Program-made: the position numbers and the translations under genes
Source of the DNA: Opitutia bacterium
Lineage (GTDB): Bacteria > Verrucomicrobiota > Verrucomicrobiia > Opitutales > UBA953
Length of the DNA: 64,000 nucleotides
Assembly (NCBI GenBank): GCA_947378845.1
Contig: CANCLQ010000001.1
Location: 63,755-127,754 of the forward strand
Direction: 5' to 3'
Shown: positions 47,474 to 57,371 of the stretch, in pieces
Layout of the letters: each line of letters opens with the position of its first letter
Numbering within the stretch: position 1 is the stretch's first letter
Notes under the pieces: generated by a model
What the model was told of the DNA's origin: nothing
Databases searched by the model: none
Seen by the model: the letters and a program-made list of their open reading frames with translations, nothing else

Positions 47474-48292
47474 ATGGACTCGGTTTGTTTCTTTCAAGCC
47501 GTGGACAAGTTACAGGAAATCATGGACGCCAAGCGAAGGGAAATCGCCCCTTATGCGCGCCCCGTTAAGGACGCTGAACTGGCTGTCTTCGCTGCCAACT
47601 CCATACATCCAGGGTTTCGCCAATCCCTTAATATCCCAGGTAGACTGACCGTCATTGCCGAAGTCAAACGTGCTTCACCGAGCGTCGGTACCATCAAGCA
47701 AGACGTGAATGCCATCGAGCAGGCGCGACTCTATGCCGATGCAGGTGCCGATTGCCTTTCTGTTCTCACTGAAAGCCAATACTTCAAGGGCCAACTCCAA
47801 GACCTTATCGACGTGGTCAAAGACCAATCGCTTCGCCCCAAACCCCTGCCCTGCATCCGCAAAGATTTCATGGTGCACCCCTACCAGGTGCTCGAAGCTG
47901 CTCAAGCGGGAGCACGATGTATTTTAATTATTGTTCGTGGATTATCGGATGAAGAAATTCTTCCCATTCATCATGCGGCAAAAGTCGCCGGATTAGACAC
48001 GCTCTTTGAAGTACATGACGAAGCGGAACTTGATCGAGCGTTAAAACATAACCCCGACATGGTCGGCGTTAACAATCGCAACCTCTCAACTTTCCAAATC
48101 GATTTATCCTTCGCCGAGCGTGTTATCCCGCATATGCCCAAGAACATCCTTAAAGTGGCAGAGAGTGGAATAAAATCCGCAGAAGATGCGGCTCGCATGC
48201 GTGCCGCTGGTGCCAACGCTTTGTTAGTCGGTGAATCCTTAATGCGAGCCGAGAATCCACGCTCCCTGCTAGATTCATTTCGCCGCGCATGA
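47474..48292 (+). CDS. trpC: Indole-3-glycerol phosphate synthase
   Basis: IAEVKRASPS, LSVLTE, the RKDF region and GVNNRNL are present. An alternative GTG start at 47501 is possible. Confidence 0.9.
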   Translation: MDSVCFFQAVDKLQEIMDAKRREIAPYARPVKDAELAVFAANSIHPGFRQSLNIPGRLTVIAEVKRASPSVGTIKQDVNAIEQARLYADAGADCLSVLTESQYFKGQLQDLIDVVKDQSLRPKPLPCIRKDFMVHPYQVLEAAQAGARCILIIVRGLSDEEILPIHHAAKVAGLDTLFEVHDEAELDRALKHNPDMVGVNNRNLSTFQIDLSFAERVIPHMPKNILKVAESGIKSAEDAARMRAAGANALLVGESLMRAENPRSLLDSFRRA

Positions 48293-49122
48293 ACGACGGC
48301 CCGCTCTCCCTCTCAGAGACACGCGATTTACTCGCGCGACTTTCCCACATGCCACGAAAATGGCTGGGGCAAAATTTCTTAGTGGATGGAAATATTGTTC
48401 GTAAATCACTCGAACTAGGTGAAGTGAAATCGGGCGATATAGTGTTAGAAGTTGGCCCAGGGTTGGGAACCTTGAGCCGCACCTTACTTGGTGCTGGCGT
48501 TGACCTGCACGCAGTGGAAGCCGATCGCACCATGGTTCACCATCTCCACGAATCTCTTTTACCACGTTGGCCACAAACATTTCATCTGACTGAAGGTGAT
48601 GCCGTCGATTTACCGTTAGCCGATTTGAAAAATCCAGCTGATGGATCATTCAAAGTCATCGCCAACCTTCCGTATGCGATTTCAACGCCGTGGATGGATG
48701 CGATTTGTGCTGGCCCTCACCCATCGCTCATGGTGCTCATGCTACAACGTGAAGCGGCGGAACGATTGACAGCTGACGTGGGCACTAAGCATTGGTCGGC
48801 AGTCACTGCGCAGGTTGATTTAGCCTTCGAGAAAATCCGCGTTCATCCCGTGCCCAGTCAGTCCTTTAATCCTCCTCCTAAAGTAGACTCGTGCCTGCTG
48901 GTCCTTAAACGTCGCAGCAATGCCCAGCGCTTCAGTCCGCGTGCACGCGAAGTTGCCCGTGCCCTTTTCACTCAACGACGCAAGCAAGTCGGTTCATCCG
49001 CTAAAAAACTTTTTCCAGGGTCAACTGACGTGATAAATTGGCTTAACGGTCTCAGCGAATATGGGCTCACACCTCAGGCCCGCCCCGAAGATATCCCGGC
49101 CAAAGCGTGGTTAACGCTGTAG
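48289..49122 (+). CDS. rsmA: 16S rRNA (adenine1518/1519-N6)-dimethyltransferase
   Basis: LGQNFLVD, LEVGPGLGTLS and ANLPYAIST are present. The start overlaps trpC by 4 nt. Confidence 0.9.
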   Translation: MNDGPLSLSETRDLLARLSHMPRKWLGQNFLVDGNIVRKSLELGEVKSGDIVLEVGPGLGTLSRTLLGAGVDLHAVEADRTMVHHLHESLLPRWPQTFHLTEGDAVDLPLADLKNPADGSFKVIANLPYAISTPWMDAICAGPHPSLMVLMLQREAAERLTADVGTKHWSAVTAQVDLAFEKIRVHPVPSQSFNPPPKVDSCLLVLKRRSNAQRFSPRAREVARALFTQRRKQVGSSAKKLFPGSTDVINWLNGLSEYGLTPQARPEDIPAKAWLTL

Positions 49123-49176
49123 TTGAATGATGCCTGCAAGGTTGCATTCCTTGCAAAGTCTGCTCTTTGTGAAGCC

Positions 49177-50556
49177 ATGTCCGTAAAAGTAGGCCTAGTC
49201 TCACTTGGTTGCGCCAAGAACCTGATTGATTCTGAAATCATGATTGGTCACTTGGCCAAGGCTGGAATGTCGATGACTGGCAATCCTGCCGAGGCGGATG
49301 TAATTATCGTTAACACCTGTTCATTTATTGATGCCTCTAAACACGAGGCCTTAGAAGCGATCTATGAAATGAGCGATGGCAAGGCGACCGCTCGACGCAA
49401 AGATCAAAAGCTCATCGTCGCGGGTTGCATGGCACAACGCTACCAAGGCGCCCTGCCGGTCGTCGAAGGCGCCAAAGGTCGCGTCGAATTACCACAAGTC
49501 GATGCCTTCATCGGTCTCGATCAAGTCACCAACATTGTCCCGGTTATTGAAAAGGTTCTTGGGGGTGCTGCCGGTCGCACCGAGTTCGTCGCCAAAACGA
49601 CAACCTTCATTCCCGATTACGACACACCACGCTTTCGTCTCACGCCGAAACATTCGGCCTATATTAAAATTGCCGAAGGATGTAACCACCCTTGCACGTT
49701 CTGTATCATTCCACGCATCCGCGGACGTCACCGCAGCCGCACGGTCGAGTCGGTTGTAAAAGAAGCACGACAGTTAGTAAGCGAAGGCGTAAAAGAAATT
49801 AACCTCATCTCCCAAGACACCACCTACTTCGGCATGGATCGTTGGACGGAAGATCGTCCCAGCCCACGAAGCAAAGTGGATTCTTCCAAAGGAGAATCAT
49901 TGGCTTCATTACTTCGCGAACTCGATACCATCGAAGGCGACTTCTGGGTCCGCCTTCTTTACACCCACCCCGCACACTGGAGTGATGAACTCATTGAAAC
50001 AATTTCGCAGTCCCGTCACGTCGCACGCTATGTTGATATTCCCCTTCAACATATCTCAGATAAAATGCTCACCACCATGCAGCGTGAAACCAGTGGTGAC
50101 TATATTCGCGACCTAATTAAGCGTATGCGTATCGGTGCACCCGATATGGCCATCCGAACTACCTTTATCGTAGGCTTCCCTGGCGAAACCGAGGAAGACT
50201 TTAAGGAACTTCTTCAGTTCCTTGAAGCTACACGTTTCGATCGTGTCGGTATTTTTAAATACTCCAAAGAAGAAGGCACCAAAGCGGCTAAGATGGAGGG
50301 TCACCTCTCTGATGAAGTTAAACAGGAGCGCTACGATCGTGCGATGCTTCTGCTTCAGCGACTCTCTAAAGAACGCGGCGAACGTTTCATCGGTCGCAAG
50401 ATTCGTGTACTCATCGAAAGCCCTGGAGTTGGACGTAGCCAAGGCGACGCGATGGACATCGACGGCATCGTCAAGGTGCCCAAGAAACTTTCGGTCGGTC
50501 AATTTGCTGAAGTTACGGTTACTGGCGCCGAAGAATACGACCTAATCGCTAAGTAA
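49177..50556 (+). CDS. rimO: Ribosomal protein S12 methylthiotransferase
   Basis: MTTase N-domain (VSLGCAKNLIDSE), radical-SAM CNHPCTFC and a C-terminal TRAM domain are present. I chose the ATG at 49177 rather than the TTG at 49123. Confidence 0.9.
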   Translation: MSVKVGLVSLGCAKNLIDSEIMIGHLAKAGMSMTGNPAEADVIIVNTCSFIDASKHEALEAIYEMSDGKATARRKDQKLIVAGCMAQRYQGALPVVEGAKGRVELPQVDAFIGLDQVTNIVPVIEKVLGGAAGRTEFVAKTTTFIPDYDTPRFRLTPKHSAYIKIAEGCNHPCTFCIIPRIRGRHRSRTVESVVKEARQLVSEGVKEINLISQDTTYFGMDRWTEDRPSPRSKVDSSKGESLASLLRELDTIEGDFWVRLLYTHPAHWSDELIETISQSRHVARYVDIPLQHISDKMLTTMQRETSGDYIRDLIKRMRIGAPDMAIRTTFIVGFPGETEEDFKELLQFLEATRFDRVGIFKYSKEEGTKAAKMEGHLSDEVKQERYDRAMLLLQRLSKERGERFIGRKIRVLIESPGVGRSQGDAMDIDGIVKVPKKLSVGQFAEVTVTGAEEYDLIAK

Positions 50557-53121
50557 TCAGTGTTCGTTGTCGCCGTTTTCGCGCACGGGCTCGGCTGAAG
50601 CCGCAGCGGCAGGCGAATCGCTTAAACGAATCAGCGCATCCAGAGATGTGAAATGGCGGGTCCAATCCGTCATGTCAGGAATATCGCCGACCACAGCTGA
50701 GAACAGTTCACGTTTCTCCTGCTTAAGTTCTTCGATGCGTTCCTCGACGGTACCTGGTGCAATCATACGATAAATTAAAACCGGGTTCTTCTGGCCAATC
50801 CGGTGTACACGGTCCACCGCTTGAGCTTCGACCGCAGGATTCCACCATGGATCCAGCAAGAACACGTACTCGGCCGTATTGAGCGTGATTCCCGTGCCGC
50901 CCGCTTTGAGCGACGCTAAGAAAAGTGCAGAGCCCTTGGTGTTTTTAAATTCTTCAACCGGCGTAGAACGATCCTTAGTTTCACCAGTTAATTCAAAGAT
51001 GGGTAAGTTTGGTAAATCACGAGCGAGTGCCGACTTCACCCGTTCAAGCAACGAGACGAACTGCGAGAACACGACTGCCTTGGATCCGTTAGCTGAAATT
51101 TCGGAAAGTTTTGAAACCAGTAAAGTGATCTTACCCGAATGCAGACTTGGGCAGTCGGAATTATCAGGCAACAAACCTGGGTCGCAACAAACCTGACGTA
51201 GTCGCATAAGTAATGTAAGAACCGAGGTCGCATCCTTAGAAAGCAAGCCTGCCAACTCGCCTGATAATCCACTTCCTTGTGTGAGGTGTTGATAAAGTGA
51301 GCGCTGCTCGTGAGTCAGTGGGCACGGTAGAACGACTTCCATCTTCGGAGGGATATCCGATGCGACGTGGCGCTTTAACCGTCGAAGAACAAATGGGGAA
51401 ACCTGCCGACGAACTTTGCTCAGGGCGACTGCTGCATCGCGCAGCACTACCCTTTCAAATTGTGCACGCTTACCGAGCAAGCCAGGCATTAAGAAACGGA
51501 AGATGGTCCAAAGGTCAGTCGGGCGATTCTCCAGCGGCGTTCCCGTAATTGCGATGCGGTGCTCCGCTTGTACCGATAAACATGTCTGGGTTGTTTTGGC
51601 TTCAGGATTTTTGATGGCCTGTGCTTCATCCAATACGACGTAGCCAAATTTAATTTTATCCAGTTGATCGGAGTGACGTCGTAATTGCGTATAGCTCGAT
51701 ATCCAAAGTTTAGCCTGTGGGTTTTTTATAAAGTCATCATCGGTCGTTAATACCGAAGCTTGAAGCTCTGGATGGAATTTTCGGATTTCACCGAGCCAGA
51801 CAGGAATGACGCTTGCTGGACAAACAATCAGCGAACGCTCACCGATGGGTCGCGAAGCCAATAGCGCCAAAACCTGAACGGTCTTACCTAAACCCATTTC
51901 ATCCGCTAAAAGTGGATGCGACCCAAGGTCACACAAACGCCCCAACCAAGCTACACCCTTAGCCTGATAGGGTCGAAGGTGTGCAGGCAGGCCTTCAGGC
52001 GCTGCTGGCTCTTGCAGGAGCTTATCTTTCCACTCCTTTAAATCGTCATTCAGTCGCAGGCTTCCAACGGCAACGTGGTCAAAAAGAGACAGTAATAAGT
52101 AACGTGGCACTTCGCCGTCCTTCACCTTCCAATCCTCCGAGAAATCGGCCACCGATGCATTGTAAGCCACCACACCTTTACCTGGCAGAATCACTGGACG
52201 ACCGCCGGCCTTTAATAAAAGTTTTTGTTCTTCTGGAAGCAGCTGGTGCGTTCCTGCTTTTAATCTCCAATTCAAGCGGAATGATTTTCCATCATTACCC
52301 GCCTCGGCATCCGCATCGACAGCTACTTGCAATTGCTCGTTACGGAAAATCGTAAGCGCATCCTCACCTTGGAGCTTAAATCGCTTTCTCCATTCATTTA
52401 ATTCTTCGCGTACGAACCGTTCAATTCTGCCAATATTATCCAGGGCCCACGTGCCCGACGTCTTGCTATAGGCAAACCCTGCGCGGTGCGCGACGTTGCT
52501 AAAACGAAAAAGCGTCTGACGTTGTTCGTCCGACAACTCATCACCTGGGATTGCACCTGGCCCAAAACAATTATGCGCGTGGCCGCCACGCCCGACCCAT
52601 GCCGCTGATGTAGTTAATCCCTCTGAAGTAAGGGCAAACGTCACCTGAAGCTTGAGTGCGTTTCGCTGGTTACCGTCGCGGCGTTCGGGGGTGACTGGTT
52701 CAACCACTTCAACAGGTACAACTGAGTCATCGATGGCTTTGATTTCATCGGCGAGCAACTCCTCCACTTCATAAATAGCAGCGATAGCGTAAGGCGCACC
52801 ATTTTCTGAATCAGGCAATGAACTGCGCCATTCCATCTTACCTGACCGAAGTTCGATAACAGCACGGACACTAAGCGATTCAGACTTAACCTGCACCTCG
52901 GCCGTCGATGGTTTCAGTTCAATGGAACGGACTAGTCCTTCCGTATAAAGTTTTCGACCCTGAGTGAGATCTTTGGCTTTAAATAAACGTTCCCAGTCCT
53001 CCGGCAGTGACTCGAACCAATGCTCGAGTGCTTCCGTGGAGTATGAACGATTAGCCGGTCTGGGGTTAGACATTAGCGAGGTCTGATTAAAGGTAGCCAA
53101 ATTGGCTGAGACAATACCCAT
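50557..53121 (-). CDS. SNF2-family DNA/RNA helicase with N-terminal SWIM-like (cysteine-less) module
   Basis: SNF2_N motifs are present (LADEMGLGKTVQ, VVLDEAQAIKN). The helicase C domain is present (LFLASLKAGGTGITL, WWNPAVEAQAVDRVHRIGQ). The start is either 53121 or 53073. Confidence 0.85.
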   Translation of the reverse strand: MGIVSANLATFNQTSLMSNPRPANRSYSTEALEHWFESLPEDWERLFKAKDLTQGRKLYTEGLVRSIELKPSTAEVQVKSESLSVRAVIELRSGKMEWRSSLPDSENGAPYAIAAIYEVEELLADEIKAIDDSVVPVEVVEPVTPERRDGNQRNALKLQVTFALTSEGLTTSAAWVGRGGHAHNCFGPGAIPGDELSDEQRQTLFRFSNVAHRAGFAYSKTSGTWALDNIGRIERFVREELNEWRKRFKLQGEDALTIFRNEQLQVAVDADAEAGNDGKSFRLNWRLKAGTHQLLPEEQKLLLKAGGRPVILPGKGVVAYNASVADFSEDWKVKDGEVPRYLLLSLFDHVAVGSLRLNDDLKEWKDKLLQEPAAPEGLPAHLRPYQAKGVAWLGRLCDLGSHPLLADEMGLGKTVQVLALLASRPIGERSLIVCPASVIPVWLGEIRKFHPELQASVLTTDDDFIKNPQAKLWISSYTQLRRHSDQLDKIKFGYVVLDEAQAIKNPEAKTTQTCLSVQAEHRIAITGTPLENRPTDLWTIFRFLMPGLLGKRAQFERVVLRDAAVALSKVRRQVSPFVLRRLKRHVASDIPPKMEVVLPCPLTHEQRSLYQHLTQGSGLSGELAGLLSKDATSVLTLLMRLRQVCCDPGLLPDNSDCPSLHSGKITLLVSKLSEISANGSKAVVFSQFVSLLERVKSALARDLPNLPIFELTGETKDRSTPVEEFKNTKGSALFLASLKAGGTGITLNTAEYVFLLDPWWNPAVEAQAVDRVHRIGQKNPVLIYRMIAPGTVEERIEELKQEKRELFSAVVGDIPDMTDWTRHFTSLDALIRLSDSPAAAASAEPVRENGDNEH

Positions 53122-53203
53122 TTCGGCTAAATATTCACCGCGTCTGGACTTGTTTAACCAACCCTCTCGTGTCTATTGTTAATCAACTTTTATCGTTACT
53201 TAA

Positions 53204-55933
53204 ATGAAACACTTGAGTGTAGGAACACGCTGGAACGCTGACCTCGTTGCCCAGTACCATGAAAAATGGAAAGCGGACCCACAATCTGTTGACCAAGATT
53301 GGCGTAATTTCTTTGAAGGTTTTGAGCTAGGACTCTCGTTGCCACCTAAACCCAGCAAGAACGCTGGCAACGTCGCAGGCGGAGTGGACGCAGCCGCACA
53401 ATCTAAGGTGCTCGCTGCCATCCATGCCTATCGCACCCTTGCTCATCTCCAGGCCCGCATAAATCCACTCCAGGACCCATTTCCACATCACGAGCTGTCC
53501 GACAAAGCGCTTGGACTGGACACGATACCCGCCAACCAAGTTTTTCATACGGGAGATTTTCTCGGCGGCGCAATGCTTCCGCTTTCTGAAATCCTCACTA
53601 AATTAAAAACGATTTACGGTGGTACGATTGGTGTAGAATTCACCCACGTTCAAGATGGTGCCCGTCGACGTTGGATCCAAGAGCGCATCGAGAGTTGCGG
53701 ACTACGTGCAAGTTATGATGCGGCGGCACGTCGTAGTTTCCTGCGAACAATCGTCCAAGCTGAACAATTTGAACGCTTCTTACACCGCACGTTTGTTGGT
53801 GCAAAACGCTTCTCGGTTGAAGGCGGCGAAACCCTCTTGGTCGCCCTTGAACAGATTATCCATCGTGCACCTGGTCTTAATATTTCAGATATTATCATCG
53901 GCATGGCACACCGCGGACGTCTCAACGTACTGGTTAACACCATCGGTAAAAAACCTGACCAACTCTTCCGCGCGTTTTCTGAAAATTACATTCCGGACAC
54001 CACAACGGGTGACGGCGACGTAAAATACCACCTTGGCTACGAAGGCAGTCGAACGGTTGCTGGAAAAAACATCGCTCTCACTCTTGCGTACAATCCAAGC
54101 CACCTCGAGGCCGTAAATCCCGTCGTACTCGGACGCGCACGCGCACGTGCAGATCTGCAAAACCAAGCACAGCGCTCAAACGTACTTCCTATTTTAATCC
54201 ATGGTGATGCCGCCTTCTCTGGACAAGGCATCGTGATGGAAACGCTTAACCTCTCTGGAGTTAAAGGCTACGAAGTCGGTGGCACCGTACACATCGTCAC
54301 CAACAACCAAGTTGGTTTCACTACAAACCCGGAGGAAGGTCGCACGGGACATCATTGTACCGAAATCGCAAAGTTCATCGAAGCCCCTATTTTACACGCA
54401 AATGGCGATGATCCAGACGCCGTTGTATTAGCCACAGAAATCGCCCTCGAATACCGCCAAAAGTTCAGTGCCGACATCGTCGTCGATATCGTTTGCTACC
54501 GTCGCTACGGACACAATGAGACAGACGAACCTGCCTTCACTCAGCCTATACTTTATAAAAATATCACCGCACACCCCAGTGTAGCTGAGCTCTATGCCTC
54601 GCGACTTTCCGAATCAGGTTCAGCTCCAACGGGTGAATTACAAGCACTGCGTACTGAGTTTGATGTACTGCTCAATGCTGCACAAGAAAGAGCCAAAGCT
54701 TCCTTGAATGAAAAAGGTGAAGAGGTTGTCGCTCCAGCAATTACCACCCTTCGTCCGTTCAAATCTCCTTACGACGGGCAAGTGGATACGCGCGCAACAA
54801 CTGAGTTACTCCAGAAAGTTGCACCCGCACTTTGGCAAATGCCACCAGACTTTTCGCCTAATCCAAAAATCAAACGCTTACTCGACACCAAGGCAGAGTC
54901 ATTCAACTCCGGAACTAATATCGACTGGAGTTTAGGCGAGGCACTTGCATTTGGATCTCTCCTTGCTGAGGGCTACCCCATCCGACTCTCCGGACAAGAT
55001 TGTGAACGCGGCACCTTCTCACACCGTCACGCCGTCCTGCATGATCCATCCAATGATGCCGAGTACACCCCCTTAAACTCGGTTGCTGGAGGCGAAACCA
55101 TTGAAATCGTTAACTCTACTTTATCTGAATACGCCGTACTTGGTTTTGATTATGGTTACGCGCTCGAAGCACCGGATTCACTTATAATTTGGGAAGCACA
55201 ATTCGGAGACTTCTCCAACGGCGCACAAATTGTCATCGACCAGTTTCTTGCATCCGCCGAATCGAAATGGGGACAAGTGAATGGCCTCGTGATGCTTCTC
55301 CCGCACGGCTATGAAGGCCAAGGACCTGAACATTCATCCGCACGTCTCGAGCGCTTCCTGCAACTCTGTGCTGAAAATAATCTTCAAGTCATTCAACCCA
55401 GCACACCCGCACAACTTTTCCACGCACTACGTCGCCAAGTTAAATCTGAGCATCGCAAACCATTAGTGGTAATGACGCCAAAGAGCTTACTCAGACTCAA
55501 GGCATGTGTGAGCGAACTTAAAGATTTCACCAATGGACGTTTTGAAGCTGTCTTAGCCGATCCTAAGCCTGCCAATAAAACCGAGCGATTGATTCTGTGC
55601 TCTGGTAAAGTTTTCTACGAATTAGATATGGAGCGCACTAATCGTAAAGATACCGCGACCACTATCGTTCGCGTCGAACAATTCTACCCCTTCGACGCCG
55701 AGTCCCTCCAAAAAATTCATAAGCAATACGGCTCACCGAAGAAAATAGTCTGGGTACAAGACGAGGCTCAAAACATGGGCGGCTGGTCGTTTATCGCCCC
55801 GCTAATCGAGTCGACACTCGGAATTAAGCCAATTTACGCTGGTCGCGATAGTGCCGCCTCTCCTGCAGTGGGTGCCCTTTCCGTGCACAAGCTCGAGCAG
55901 GCTGACCTCATTCGACAAGCATTTACGGCCTAA
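53204..55933 (+). CDS. sucA: 2-oxoglutarate dehydrogenase E1 component
   Basis: 909-aa protein with the ThDP motif region (HGDAAFSGQG, GYRRYGHNE-type segment CYRRYGHNETDEP). Confidence 0.95.
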   Translation: MKHLSVGTRWNADLVAQYHEKWKADPQSVDQDWRNFFEGFELGLSLPPKPSKNAGNVAGGVDAAAQSKVLAAIHAYRTLAHLQARINPLQDPFPHHELSDKALGLDTIPANQVFHTGDFLGGAMLPLSEILTKLKTIYGGTIGVEFTHVQDGARRRWIQERIESCGLRASYDAAARRSFLRTIVQAEQFERFLHRTFVGAKRFSVEGGETLLVALEQIIHRAPGLNISDIIIGMAHRGRLNVLVNTIGKKPDQLFRAFSENYIPDTTTGDGDVKYHLGYEGSRTVAGKNIALTLAYNPSHLEAVNPVVLGRARARADLQNQAQRSNVLPILIHGDAAFSGQGIVMETLNLSGVKGYEVGGTVHIVTNNQVGFTTNPEEGRTGHHCTEIAKFIEAPILHANGDDPDAVVLATEIALEYRQKFSADIVVDIVCYRRYGHNETDEPAFTQPILYKNITAHPSVAELYASRLSESGSAPTGELQALRTEFDVLLNAAQERAKASLNEKGEEVVAPAITTLRPFKSPYDGQVDTRATTELLQKVAPALWQMPPDFSPNPKIKRLLDTKAESFNSGTNIDWSLGEALAFGSLLAEGYPIRLSGQDCERGTFSHRHAVLHDPSNDAEYTPLNSVAGGETIEIVNSTLSEYAVLGFDYGYALEAPDSLIIWEAQFGDFSNGAQIVIDQFLASAESKWGQVNGLVMLLPHGYEGQGPEHSSARLERFLQLCAENNLQVIQPSTPAQLFHALRRQVKSEHRKPLVVMTPKSLLRLKACVSELKDFTNGRFEAVLADPKPANKTERLILCSGKVFYELDMERTNRKDTATTIVRVEQFYPFDAESLQKIHKQYGSPKKIVWVQDEAQNMGGWSFIAPLIESTLGIKPIYAGRDSAASPAVGALSVHKLEQADLIRQAFTA

Positions 55934-56070
55934 TCGCCCCAGTAGAGACTTTTACGCACCCGTATGGGCTTCCTACTACCCTGCCTGGTGGTGATTAGGG
56001 GCTAAATAATGGCGATTTCCCCGTTGAAACTGGGTCGAATGGCACACAAGGTTAAATCACCTAACTTTTT

Positions 56071-57354
56071 ATGGTTTTAGATGTAAAAATTCCCGCAATG
56101 GGAGAATCAATCACCGGAGGCCTACTCGCGTCATGGGCAGTTAAGTCCGGCGATGTTGTCAAAAAAGGTCAGGCGCTTTTTTCTTTCGAAACGGATAAGA
56201 TCACATCCGATGCGACAGCAGAAGCCGATGGACTTATTAATATAAAAGTCGCGGCCGGCACCGAGGTACTCGTTGGACAAGTTGTTGCCTCTATCGACAG
56301 CTCCGTCGCTGCCCCGGTTTCAAACAATACTGCAACCTCCGCTCCAACTCCTGCCGTCGCTGCCGCTCCGAAGATGGCCACCGCTGCAAAAGTAGCGGCA
56401 CCTGCTCTAACTAAATCAGGAAGCGCATTAGAAATTTCTCCAGCCGTGCGTCGTATTGCCGCCGAGACCGGATTAAATCCCGCATCGATTCAAGGTTCAG
56501 GTAAAGGCGGACGCGTTACCAAGGGCGACATGCTTTCGGCGATTAATGGCCAAACTCCAATTACTGCTGTCGCCGCACCCGCACCAACAATCGCCGTTGC
56601 TGCTCCTTCGGCACCCGCATCTAAGCCTGCGACTATTGAGATTCCTTCGCGCGATGGACGCACCACGCGCAAGCGCATGTCCCCTCTTCGTCGTAAAATC
56701 GCAGAGCGACTTGTTCAGGCTAAGTCAGAAACCGCCATGCTCACGACCTTCAACGAGGTCAATATGGCGCCCGTCATGGAATTACGGAAACGTCACGGCG
56801 ATGAATTCCTCAAGAAATACGGCATCAAACTCGGTTTCATGTCCTTCTTCGTTAAAGCTGCCGTACAAGCGCTAAAAGAAGTTCCTGCAGTTAACGCACA
56901 ACTCGACGGTGAAGAAATTGTCGAAAATAATTTTTATGATATCGGAGTAGCGGTTGGTACCGACAAGGGACTTATGGTTCCAGTCGTTCGTGATTGCGAT
57001 CAGCTCAACTTCGCCGGCATCGAGAAAGCGATTTCAGATTTCGGTAAACGTGCCCGCGACGGAAAAATTCAATTACCTGAATTACAAGGTGGAGTCTTCA
57101 CTATCTCCAATGGTGGTATCTATGGTTCAATGCTATCGACACCTATCCTCAACCACCCGCAAGCCGCCATCATGGGACTGCATAACATCGTTGAACGTGC
57201 GGTTGTTGAAAAAGGACAAATCGTTGTCCGCCCAATCATGTACCTCGCGCTTTCTTACGATCACCGTATCATCGACGGTAAAGAAGCGGTCACCTTCCTC
57301 GTGAAGGTTCGTCAGTACATCGAAGAACCTCAAACCCTGCTCTTCGGAGCTTAA
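56071..57354 (+). CDS. sucB: Dihydrolipoyllysine-residue succinyltransferase (E2)
   Basis: Lipoyl domain (ETDKITSD), Ala/Pro linkers, a subunit-binding domain (SPAVRRIA) and the catalytic DHRIIDG motif are present. Confidence 0.95.
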   Translation: MVLDVKIPAMGESITGGLLASWAVKSGDVVKKGQALFSFETDKITSDATAEADGLINIKVAAGTEVLVGQVVASIDSSVAAPVSNNTATSAPTPAVAAAPKMATAAKVAAPALTKSGSALEISPAVRRIAAETGLNPASIQGSGKGGRVTKGDMLSAINGQTPITAVAAPAPTIAVAAPSAPASKPATIEIPSRDGRTTRKRMSPLRRKIAERLVQAKSETAMLTTFNEVNMAPVMELRKRHGDEFLKKYGIKLGFMSFFVKAAVQALKEVPAVNAQLDGEEIVENNFYDIGVAVGTDKGLMVPVVRDCDQLNFAGIEKAISDFGKRARDGKIQLPELQGGVFTISNGGIYGSMLSTPILNHPQAAIMGLHNIVERAVVEKGQIVVRPIMYLALSYDHRIIDGKEAVTFLVKVRQYIEEPQTLLFGA

Positions 57355-57371
57355 TCTTTTATACTACTAAT

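Noticed and set aside
49123-49176. A TTG-initiated 18-codon N-terminal extension of rimO.
   Set aside because: The conserved MTTase domain begins at MSVKVGLVSLGC (ATG at 49177). The extension abuts the rsmA stop and has no conserved features.
27016-53121. The idea that PIN-PhoH, TopB, MazG/Nudix and the SNF2 helicase form a defence island.
   Set aside because: These genes are dispersed among core housekeeping genes (mutS, recR, ppk1, lpxK, panD, trpC, rsmA, rimO). There is no compositional break, no restriction-modification, toxin-antitoxin, Cas or integrase genes, and no flanking repeats.
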